NCBI GenBank assembly: GCA_051294375.1
Contig: CM119264.1
Span: 22,448,709 to 22,512,708, forward strand
Source: Paraspadella gotoi
Lineage: Eukaryota > Animalia > Chaetognatha
Length of the DNA stretch: 64,000 bases
Direction of reading: 5' to 3'
The first letter of the stretch is position 1; each line of letters starts with the position of its first letter. Position numbers and translations under genes: made by a program. Under the pieces are notes generated by a model. It saw only the letters and a program-made list of their open reading frames with translations. It was not told the DNA's origin and did no database searches. Of this stretch, positions 49,203-61,286 are shown one piece after another.

Positions 49203-52200
49203 AGAGAGAGAGAGAGAGACGAAAAACTCGGTGGAAAATTGAAGTTTTCGAACAAAGCCAAATCCTCTTCTTTTTTTCCTCCTTTTTTCCCGCAATTTCG
49301 TTGATGGAATCACTAGAATCTTCGTTTAAATTCCCCGCGTGTTTCGTTGCCGTCTGCTCTCGGGACCCGCGACGGTCCAATCAGCTCGCAGGACGGCTGT
49401 AGCTTTCACCAATCAGAACGCCCCGAGTCGGCAGAGCGACGCGACACCCGAATTCCGTTAAGTGATTTGGTGCGGAGCGGGCAAATAACAAGTCACTAGC
49501 TTTACAGCCCCTAACGCGCCTCCCAGAGCTCCACTAGGGGGCGAAAGGGAAACTGATTAGAGAACTTCTCTCTCCCTCTCTCTCTCTTCTCTACTCTCTC
49601 CCCTCTCTGGTTCTCTCTCTCTCCCTTCTCCTCTTATTCTTCTTCTCTCGTCTCTCTCCTCCTCTTCCTCTCTCTTTTATCCTCTTCTNNNNNNNNNNNN
49701 NNNNNNNNNNNNNNNNNNNNNNNNNNNNNNNNNNNNNNNNNNNNNNNNNNNNNNNNNNNNNNNNNNNNNNNNNNNNNNNNNNNNNNNNNNNNNNNNNNNN
49801 NNNNNNNNNNNNNNNNNNNNNNNNNNNNNNNNNNNNNNNNNNNNNNNNNNNNNNNNNNNNNNNNNNNNNNNNNNNNNNNNGAAACAGATATTTATATTTT
49901 TTGCTCTTTTATATGTATAATACAAAAAACTAAAGAGAAAGAGAAAGGGGCATTAAGGAAAACNNNNNNNNNNNNNNNNNNNNNNNNNCGTACACCTATT
50001 TTCTGTTGATGTTTCAGTTTTCGCAGTCTCACTCCATCACCCCTATCACTTAAACACTCTATTACTCCATCAGTTCATCCACTCTATCACTCATACTCCG
50101 TCACCGCGTCACCTCAATTTGAGGCAGCTCTCTCACTAATCCCCCCGATATCTCTCGTCCACTTCGAGTCAAACCGTTTTTCTATCGCGAGCATCGAATT
50201 AACCGCCCGATTCTTTTTTTCTTTTCTTTCTTTCTTTTTTTTTGTCAAAAACGTACAGACGAGGAGAAAAGAGCAGGGAGAAAAGAAATAGGAAAAAAGA
50301 AGGGGAGGAAGAAAAGAAGAAAAAGAAAGAGAAGGAGGAAATGTAAAAGAGAAGGTAAAAAGGAGAAGGGAAAGAAAAACGTAAAATACAGATAATTTAT
50401 AAGAGGAAAAAAGAAAAGAAAAAGGAAGAAAGGTAGAAGAGAAAAAGAAAAGAGAGATATATAAAGAGAGGAAGGTCAGAGGAAAGAAAAGGCGGAGAAG
50501 AAAAGGGAAATAATAAAAGAGAGGAGACAGGGAAAAGAGAGGGCAAAGAAAGGAACTGAAAAGAAAATAAGAAGAGAAGGAGGAAAGAGAGACGACCTAG
50601 GAGATTAGGCTTCGCTACGTCCTCATATTCTGATGGGAAAAAAAAAAGAAGGAAAAGAGCAGCGGAGTAGAGGAAATTAGAAGCCCAACGCATTTCCGGT
50701 TTGGCGATGAAGGGAGAGTTCCAATCTCGCGCAGCTACGAGACTCCGCGTGCCGTGCCGCACCGCGTCCCGGCGGCGCCGCGGCTTCGCGATTCCCTGCG
50801 CCCGCATATTTATCATCCACCGAGGATTAAACACCCCCCACGACGGCCGAGTCGGAAGTTCTTGGCGCCGTAATACCGAACGACAGTTAATTAAATTTAA
50901 ATTGCGGTTTAAACCATAAGAACGTTGAAATGGGGGTTTTTTGGTAAAATTCAAACCTGAGACGACTACAATTCTAACAGCGCAATGCCTCGTTACTGCT
51001 AGTGACCTGTCAAAAGGAAGGACTGGGAATTACGATTTTGAATAGCGCCGCAGACTTCAAAGGCGCCGCCAGCCTGAATGTCGCCGCAAGCCTTTTGATC
51101 GTGCCGAAAGCCTATATAGCGCCCGCAAGCCATTGATGGCACCAGTGCAGAACTGATTCGTCTTTTCCATAGCGCCGCAAGATTTTAAAGGGCGCCGACA
51201 GCGCTTGAATGAGCTCAGCGTGCAACGCCTTTTTGACGTGTTATATCGTCTTAGCCGGTTGAAATAGCGCGGCAATACTTTGATGTTTCCGCACACTCCA
51301 TTTGTATGGCGCCGCGAAGCTTTTGACGAAGCCGTCTATAACGGACCACAGACGCTCGAACCGGTAAAAGATCAATCGGCGGAGTTTTGTCCTTCGGGCG
51401 ACGAGGCAGAGAAATACAAACCAGTTATAATTTATTTTCCCCATAATTTTTCCTTACTATCTTTTTCTTTTTTTTTTAACCAGGAATATGGGACTCTCGA
51501 TGTAAGAAAATAAACAGACGTCGATTGTTCGCAAAGGAATTGACGTAAATGACTTCTACAGAAAATTCAAATGATACAGTAAACGTATGAAACAAATTCA
51601 ATCTCTCCTTTTGCTTAAATTGAATATTTCATTGATATAGTTCGCATCCTTCACGATATATTTAAACTCTGCTCTTATTCTTTTCTGTGGATTCCTTTTT
51701 CTTTCTTCTTTACTACTCTCAACATCTCGGAGTCTCCTTTATCTCTTGCTGTCGGTCACTCTCTCCTTTAACCTCAGCCACTCGGAGATGCAGATTAAGG
51801 CGAGAATGCCAGATATCCGAAAAAATTTGCCCATCTTTCTAACTCACGTCTGTCTCTCTCTTATTCTCCTCTTTCTCTTCTCTTTATTCTCTCTCTTTCG
51901 TGGTAGGTAAACGACGTAAAAGGGTTTATTTTTAACTGGTAGTCACTATATGCAAAGTTGATTTGTTTTCAGATTTTTCTTTTCTGTTCGCCTTTATCAG
52001 CCCCGAACGTAATATTCGTTGTAAGTGCGAGACGACCCACAGAGTTCGCGAGATGTGCCGCTCTCAAACATGTTCATTCGCCTCGTTCGCGCAAACAAAA
52101 GACAATTGTTTAATTCATCAAATACGATCCTATAGCTGCACAAACAATCTTTTGATTTCTTTAAAATATATGCATTGGATTTAGGTAGTCCTAAACGTTT

Positions 52201-52283
52201 TCATTTTTCTTTGTCTCTCTTTTTTTCAATTGGAATTTCTATTTTCTGTGAAGAGAGAGAGAGAGAGAGAGAGAAGAGAGAAG

Positions 52284-52314
<31 letters not shown>

Positions 52315-52766
52315 GCAGAGAGAGACGAAAAACCATCCACTGTGGTGGAAAATTGAAGTTTTTCGACGAACAAAGCCAAATCCTCTTCTTTTTTTCCTGC
52401 CTTTTTTTCCCCCAATTTGCGTTGATGGCAATCACTAGAATTCGTTTAAATTCCCGCGTGTTTCCCGTTGCTCGTCTGCTAATCTCGGGGGACCGCGCGA
52501 GGACACGGTCCAATTTCACTTCGCGCAGGACGGTTTCTGTGCTTCACAGCATCAGGAAGGCTCCGAAGTCGGCAGACCCGAACGCGACACACCCGATTCG
52601 TCAGTGATTGGTTGCGGAGAGGGCCAAAATAACAAATCACTAGCTTTACAGCCTAACCGCGCTCCAGTCACCTAGGGGGACGAAAGGGAAACTGATTAGA
52701 AGAGAGAGAGATAAAGAGAAGAGAGAGAGAAGAGACGAGACGCCGACGGAGGCAGAGAGAGAGAAG

Positions 52767-52804
<38 letters not shown>

Positions 52805-53062
52805 GAGAGAGAGAGAGAGAGAGAGCGGTGAGGTGAGTGTGTGGAACAGCAGGAAGAGAGGAGGGATACAAGTGAAAAATAGAGAGTAAGTAGAGAGACA
52901 TGAGAGAAAGAAAAGAAATTAGTGTTTGAGGAGGAAAGAAATTGCAGCAGAAAGAAAAAAAGACGGAAAACAAGAATATTTATATTTTTTGCTCTTAATA
53001 TGTGTCTTATATAAGAATACTAACAAACTAAAGAGGAAAGCGAAAGGGGCATTAAGGAACAA
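46976..53062 (+). repeat. ~3 kb tandem duplication (46976-49963 and 49996-53062) across a 25-N gap; second copy indel-rich
   Basis: Colinear matches throughout (ACTCTATTACTCCATCAGTTCAT, GAGCAGCGGAGTAGAGGAAATTAGAAG, GCAAACAAAAGACAATTGTTTAAT, GGGGCATTAAGGAA). The differences are mostly 1-nt indels. Confidence 0.9.
47990..48262 (+). repeat. ~19-bp minisatellite (TTTGATGGCGCCGCAAGCC-like)
   Basis: About a dozen degenerate units. It recurs in the duplicate copy at about 51040-51335. Confidence 0.8.
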
Positions 53063-56000
53063 ACGTAAAAAAAGTTCTTTCTTTACTTTCAAAAATCACT
53101 ACGGCAAAAACCGGTTGCTAACCTCCTATTTCGTGTGCGACAACGTAGTGGCGTCCTCGAGGGCCACGTTATACTGGCACTTTTACAGGAAGGGTTATGT
53201 CTTTCTCGCATTAAATAATCCTTCTTTTCATTCCCCAGCCTTCGTTGTCCGTTCGATAGATCTTCAAACATCCCAGCACTTAAACCAATCACCTACCAAT
53301 CACGCATTGTGCTTTTTATCACTCCCAGCCCAATCACAGCGTTTTTTTTTTTCCTCTGAGCGCCCGTATTTTTGAAAACCAGTTATTTTACGAATATCCT
53401 ATTATATAATCGACCGAAAAGATTTTACGCAAATTTGGGCCACAAGAATAGGGTTATCACATGGATTCGGATTTTAAAAACGTTTACACAAGTGATCAAC
53501 ACACATATATACTTAATTTTAAAACACCTTTTATCGTTTGAAATTCTCAACATGAGAGATTCCAGGTCGATTTTATCTGGCTCCTAATTATGCACAATTA
53601 AGCTTAAGATCGAAGTTGTGCAGATAACGATGACGCTCTTTATATCGCGTAATTTAAACGTTTTATTATTGTAATTTTATAAATATTAAATTAAATGTTT
53701 TTAGAATAGCTATGATTTTTAATAAAATATAAATTGAGTTTATAGTATTTATAGCCTCAATCATTACTAAGTTTAAATAGCAATTAATACGATGAGCTAC
53801 GAAGGCTTTTTCCTACCTAAAAATGAGATTCGAACAGATTTTTGGCATAATAATATAAATTACACTATTCTTTGCTTGCTTAAAATCCTTATTACATAAA
53901 AAATACTTTTATAAATTTGTATAATTCGACTCGTTTAAGTTTATCCGTTATATGTGTTAATAAATAGGATTAAACCTCGAGAAACATGATAACTCTGATA
54001 AAAAATACCTATAAGTTTTATAATATATAATTAAATAATGCTGAAAATATAATAAACAATATAATTAATAATATCATAAAAATAGGTATTATATTATAAT
54101 AAATTTTTTTTTTTTTCTTGGGTATAAATACAGCGAATTTTACTATTTAGAGCACAGAGCTTGGAAAGAGGGGCTAAACTTTTTAGTTGATGGAGAGTCT
54201 TCTTACTCATGGTAATCATAATAACAGACTTTACATAAACTGAATAAGTCATAATAATTGAAAAATATTTTTTCTCTTAAACTAAACAAAAAATTAAAAA
54301 ATCTAAAAAATTAAAAGCTATAAAACTAGAAAGTTAAGAAGTCAATCAATTGATAAATTCTCATATACCATATTAGAATAAGTGAAAAGGGATCCATTTC
54401 AGTATCAGAATCAATGATTTAAGATTTTAATATCGTGTGCAATAAGATCGTTAAGAACATTAAATACTGTCGTAATAAACAGTTACTGAAAAGTTTTGAA
54501 TAGTAATATTTTTGTAACTATTATAAATAAAGTAGTTTTCATTCAAAGCAACAGAAGAACCACTTGAGAGCTTACTTCCTAAGATTTTACAAGAATTGCT
54601 TTTGTTTATATTAAGTTTTTTAAATCAACAACTCCCTGGTAGATATGTAGATAAGTTCCACACGTGTCAATTATTATAAATATAATGCAAAAGCTTTGCT
54701 GTAACATTGGATAATGGCTTTAGTTGGAATTCTTCAATCACTAATCTTGAAAAAGTCAATCAAAATAAATTCTTGATCTAAAAACTCAGAGAGGAGGAGT
54801 ATATTCAATATTAGTTATAATTGGTTAACAACAAAAGTGAAAGGCTATAAATAGTCCCGAAAATATGCATTTTTATTAAAAAAAATTATGTCCTTAATTG
54901 TTAACCATATAAAGTTAATTAATTTCGGCTCTGTAAATCAGACAACAAATAGACAAATAAATACAATTACTAAAAACTCAAAAAAACATCCGAAGATAGT
55001 AATTTTTATAATTGAAAAAAGGGTTGCCTATGGATGCTCAAGCCCTCATCACATCCCTGAATTATTAAACATGAAACTATAGTACATAGGAAAAGGCTTT
55101 TATAATTTGTAATATAAATATAGTTTAAAGAAGAAGGGGATCCAAATTGTAATCAAATCAATATCCGTTTAAAGCATTTTATGTTTATGTATCAACTTTT
55201 CGTCAGTTGTTAAAAAAATGATGAAGTTTATCTTTTCATAATTATTAATATTATATTTATTATATTTCATCATTTGACCTATAAGATTGGATTTTATATT
55301 AATTTTTCTTCAAAAATAGTTCAGGACTGAATTTCAGTAAAGCAATAACCAAAAATACGATTAATTTCTTAAACACTGTTTCCTATAAAAACAGAAAAAA
55401 CTATTTAAAAATACAACCTGCAGCTACTTAAAAACTAATAAAATTATTAAGAAATTATGAAATTAATTAATAAAACATGAAAATATCATTAATAAAGACC
55501 TACTGTTAATTAAAGAAAACTAAACTCATCGTCAGATTTCACAGGCAAAAGATCCTTTTAGAAAAAATTCGCAATATCCGCAGGCTTCGCATAGTATCTT
55601 TTGTTCTTTTTGACCAGGCTTGACCGGTCTTTAACATTAAAAAGATAGCGAAATGAGGTAGTTCGATCTCGGATCTCTCATGTTCGATGCATTAAAGTTA
55701 AATATTTTTATACGAAAATTATTTATTTATTCCCGTCTGATTAAGTGTGCGACGTTTCGTTAATGAAACTCGATGTCTGTATATTTTCCAACTTTTGGGA
55801 CTAACAAGAAACAATAAATCGGTTTATTCTCCGCTTTTTAAAAATCTAGCGTCGAATTTCAACAACATTCTCGCTCGATTTTGCCGCATTCCAAACTCAT
55901 TTCGATTCTGAAAATATTTTGATATCCAGACTTTTTTTCCTTTTCTCCGTTTATCCTAATAGTTTTTCTACGCTTCAATTTTTCTCTTCTCCTCGATGTG

Positions 56001-57749
56001 CCACTCCTTCCTTTTTCCATTGTTTGCCTTGCAGATTAGCCGCCTGCCATTTGCAATGGCCCTTTGCGATTGCCATTGCAGGACCTTTTCCTTTGATTTC
56101 GTCCTGAAAGACGTCTTGGATGCCCTTTTACAAAGGTGAACTTTGTCTAATTTTGTATCAGAGATGTTCTATTGATTCCACCTCAAATTTGCAGATTCTA
56201 ACCCTGAATCAAGATCGCCGTTGTTCTTCAACAATATCTCATCATATTCTATATATAATAGTGTATATATTAATATTTATATTTATTTACTAATTTTTTC
56301 CTCTCTTTAACCCTAGTTTCATCAATACCCTTTTCGTCAGTCTCGATATTTTACATCGTCGTTCACATCAACTTTGTCGTCTCTCGTCGTCGTTGTCGTC
56401 GTCGTTGTCGTTCAGTATCGACTTTGATCATTAGCGTCATTTCTGTNNNNNNNNNNNNNNNNNNNNNNNNNNNNNNNNNNNNNNNNNNNNNNNNNNNNNN
56501 NNNNNNNNNNNNNNNNNNNNNNNNNNNNNNNNNNNNNNNNNNNNNNNNNNNNNNNNNNNNNNNNNNNNNNNNNNNNNNNNNNNNNNNNNNNNNNNNNNNN
56601 NNNNNNNNNNNNNNNNNNNNNNNNNNNNNNNNNNNNNNNNNNNNNNNNNNNNNNNNNNNNNNNNNNNNNNNNNNNNNNNNNNNNNNNNNNNNNNNNNNNN
56701 NNNNNNNNNNNNNNNNNNNNNNNNNNNNNNNNNNNNNNNNNNNNNNNNNNNNNNNNNNNNNNNNNNNNNNNNNNNNNNNNNAAATTATTTCTCAGGGCTT
56801 TCACTCAAATGAAGTAAAAATATTTTTAGCTATTGTAAAACCAAATTTAAAATATTCATTTAATTAATTCTCTTGCCTGTGACTTTGAACAGACTATGGC
56901 TATTACTAGATAATAACAGAGCAAGACCCTGTAAGCTTTCATTCAAGACTATCGAACAGTCTAACAGTCTTAACTTGGCTTGCCCATTCATGAAGTGATA
57001 TAATATTTTTTTAATGGTTCAATTGGTTAAATGTAATGATTTTTATAACAAAGCAATCACTTTTAGTCACCAAGTTGAACTCCATCTTGCAGTTTTTTCT
57101 CTCGTCTCGTCTCTCAAATTCATTTCGCCCTCGCAGCTCACGTCCATTCTCTGCCCACCTTTCGTCGCGCCCATCGCTCTCTCTCTCTCTCTCTCTNNNN
57201 NNNNNNNNNNNNNNNNNNNNNNNNNNNNNNNNNNNNNNNNNNNNNNNNNNNNNNNNNNNNNNNNNNNNNNNNNNNNNNNNNNNNNNNNNNNNNNNNNNNN
57301 NNNNNNNNNNNNNNNNNNNNNNNNNNNNNNNNNNNNNNNNNNNNNNNNNNNNNNNNNNNNNNNNNNNNNNNNNNNNNNNNNNNNNNNNNNNNNNNNNNNN
57401 NNNNNNNNNNNNNNNNNNNNNNNNNNNNNNNNNNNNNNNNNNNNNNNNNNNNNNNNNNNNNNNNNNNNNNNNNNNNNNNNNNNNNNNNNNNNNNNNNNNN
57501 NNNNNNNNNNNNNNNNNNNNNNNNNNNNNNNNNNNNNNNNNNNNNNNNNNNNNNAGAGAGGGTGAAGGGTTGAGATGGGAAAATCTCTGTCTCTATATTT
57601 CAGTTTAGTTTCTCCCTAACTTTTTGTTATTTGTTCACGACCCTTTGGTTGTCATTTTCTGGCTCCACGTCCTATTTTTCTTCTCTTCCCTTCTTTCCTC
57701 TCTCCTTACTACTTCTCCACAACTCCTTCCCACTCTCTCCCTCTCTCGA

Positions 57750-57882
57750 CCAATCATTGCCTGACGCCTCGACGTCCCCAACTTTCTTGGACCAATCACC
57801 GGCCTCAAAAACTCGCCGCGACGTCGAGGGTCGTCGGGTTAATGGACCAATGGAAGCGCGCGGGCGACGGAGGGTGACGTCA
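57750..57882 (+). promoter_or_regulatory. Candidate promoter: three co-oriented CCAAT boxes plus a CRE
   Basis: GACCAAT at 57748, 57790 and 57845, and TGACGTCA at 57875-57882, in a CpG-rich patch. Confidence 0.35.
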
Positions 57883-58787
57883 TCGCCGGGGTGACGAAGA
57901 GAAGAAATGGGGGGCGAAGCGTCGGGGGTCGTCATGGCGACGCCATCCGACGAGATTGAAAAAGAAAATGATGTCCTCGATGAAAGTGGGTGGGTGAGTG
58001 GGCGAAGACCACAGGGTGGCGAGGTTTGGGTGCAAAGGGGGGGGAGAACTGAGACGAGGCCGGTGACGGCGTCCGAGACCATCTTGTCATCGGAGACGAT
58101 GAGTAGACGACGACGACGGCGACGACGACGACGATGAAGACGAGATTGACTCCGACGCAAATCACGACGAAAAAAGTGAACGACGGCGGAATAAAATTTG
58201 ACGCGACGTTTAACGGGACGAAACCGGCCAACGCTTGGAGGATAATGGTGTCGACGACGNNNNNNNNNNNNNNNNNNNNNNNNNNNNNNNNNNNNNNNNN
58301 NNNNNNNNNNNNNNNNNNNNNNNNNNNNNNNNNNNNNNNNNNNNNNNNNNNNNNNNNNNNNNNNNNNNNNNNNNNNNNNNNNNNNNNNNNNNNNNNNNNN
58401 NNNNNNNNNNNNNNNNNNNNNNNNNNNNNNNNNNNNNNNNNNNNNNNNNNNNNNNNNNNNNNNNNNNNNNNNNNNNNNNNNNNNNNNNNNNNNNNNNNNN
58501 NNNNNNNNNNNNNNNNNNNNNNNNNNNNNNNNNNNNNNNNNNNNNNNNNNNNNNNNNNNNNNNNNNNNNNNNNNNNNNNNNNNNNNNNNNNCCGCCGAGC
58601 CGAGGCCCGATTATGATAACTAATCAAATCCCCAGGAAATGAGCAGTAAATGGATTTTGCAGTTTTTTCGAATTACCTTGAATAATTAATACTGACTGAA
58701 TGTGATAGAATCTAGAAAAGGGAAAATGAAAAATTCCAGCGGATGAGAGAGACACCATCTTAATTATCTTCGTAATTGCTTGAAGAG

Positions 58788-58818
<31 letters not shown>

Positions 58819-58820
58819 GA

Positions 58821-58868
<48 letters not shown>

Positions 58869-59432
58869 GGAATGGAAGAGAAAGGAGACCAGGCGCAGAA
58901 AAAAGGAGACAGAGCGAGAGAGAGAGAGAAAGCAGAGAGAGAGAGAGAGAGATAGAGAAGAAGAAAGAGAGAGAGAGAGAGAGAGAGAGGAGAAGAGAGA
59001 CGAGAGAGAAGAGAAGAGAAGAGGAGAGAGGAAAGCGTGCGTTGGGGGGGACGCAATTATGAAGCGTTCTTTATGCAAGATCTTAATGAGAAAAGAAGCG
59101 AAGAGGCTGAAGGGTTCTGGCCAGTTTTCATGTAATTAACGGATAATGAGCTTTCTAATTATCGATTCTTGTTTGTTTCCAAACATTGTCTTGTTTATTT
59201 TCGTCTTAAGTTGAAATATTCATCGGAGAGAGAGAGAGAGATAGAGAGAGAGTAGAGGCGTGTGAGGCTTGTTACGTCTTTCGTGAGAATCTCGCTTCGC
59301 GTGACAGTGAAAACTATCCTTGATTAACTTTGCAGTGATGCGTATTTTCTTAGATCTTGAGTCGCGGTCTTGGGGAAAGAGAGAGGGAGAGAAAGAAAGA
59401 TAGAAAAAAATGAAAGAAAGAAAGAAAGAAAA

Positions 59433-59472
<40 letters not shown>

Positions 59473-60615
59473 AAAAGAGGGGGGAAAAAGGAGAGAAAAA
59501 TTAAAAAGGAAAAACCTATTAAATTAGTTATTAAATTTCTAACATGAAACAGTTACAACTAAATCAATAATCATATCTGAAATGTTTTCTCCAACGTTTC
59601 TCCGTCACGAAATCGGATTATGTCTCTCAGATTGATCGCCTAAGTCAGTTTGTAGCCAATTTTAAGCCCGTCCAATTAGCTTAATGAGCCAAGCTCGGGG
59701 CATTTTGTAAGACCCTCTTTTTTGCGTTTTTGCTTCTTTTTTTTGTCTCACAATCTTTCTCGTCCTTTCTTTTTTTTCCCTTTATTTTTTTTGTTGTTCT
59801 TTCTTTTGAATTTTTTCTTTATTTTTCTTTCTTTCAATCTATGCACATCTCCGTATTCCCTCTCTCCATTATTCTTTCTCCGGTAATTACTTTTCTTCTT
59901 CCATCGCTCATTTTTATCGAGATTAAACCTACGTATTTGACATAATCCGATTTGCCGAAGAACAATTAGAAATTTAATTTAACGGGCTACATTTTAGCAG
60001 ATGGAATTTATTACAATTTGTGAAAATGGTGAAAATTCTCTATTTGTAAGAAACCGTTTTTCCATTTGAAGGAGTCGGAAATGAGTGAAACATTAAGGAA
60101 AATGAACCCAAAACAGATTTCTTATCGTGTACTTAAAAGTTGGTGATTTCACTCGGTCATTCTTAATTTCTCATGCTCCTTGGTTTTCATCTATTCATAC
60201 TTTATGTAGTACGATGAGAAAGACGAAACCAGACCAGATGAGGTGCACCGGATTTCTGGAACGGAATTTGTTCATCCTACGACATTCCAGTACCCACCCG
60301 CTCTGAATGACCAGGAAATTTGACCAGCTCTATCGCAGCCATGAGCGGATGGTAGCAAAGCAGAAACGGTTACGGCGAAAACTACTTGTAATTAGCGAAA
60401 AACTCTAATAGAAAAAAACTTGTAATTTCGGGCTTTCTCTCTCTCTTTCTCTCTCTCTCTATCTCTCTCTCTCTCTCTCTCCAGCTCGCTCGACGCACTC
60501 ATTTTCTTTCAAACTTGTTTACTATTCACTTTCCTTCTCTTTTCCTCTCTCCGAAGCTTTACTCACAAATTGGTTTTGACAAATTGGATTCTCTCAGGAA
60601 AGGAGAGACGCGGAA

Positions 60616-60767
<152 letters not shown>

Positions 60768-61231
60768 TGCGCATCAGATAATAGAAAAATGGAATATACT
60801 GTGACAATAATGCTTCCCATCGTTCGTAGTAAATGTGATGTGAATAAAGTTATTAAGCAATTATATTTAGTACAGCATTATATATTTATAAATGTATACA
60901 TGTCAACGATGACTAAGTATCGTTAGAGTAAGGAAAAGAAGGGTAAGGAAAGCGAGCGAAAAAAGAAAGAATTGAAATCAAAGGAACAGAAAGGAAAAGT
61001 AAAACAAAGAACAGCACTGAGAAAATAAAACAGGAGAAAGACAAGGAAAATTTAAAGGAAAAGAAAAAAAGAAAAAAAGGGAAAAAAGGAAAAAAGGAAA
61101 AAAGGAAAAAAGAAAAAAAGGGAAAAGGAAGCGAAGGCTCGGCTCGCGAAGAAATTCCAATCGACGATAATCCAAATCATTCCAAAAGCGTCGCTCGTCC
61201 GGAAGAACGGAGCACAATCGAGGTCGGGGAA

Positions 61232-61286
<55 letters not shown>

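Noticed and set aside
55654-55675. TGAGGTAGT let-7-like seed
   Set aside because: The match ends after 9 nt and there is no precursor hairpin.
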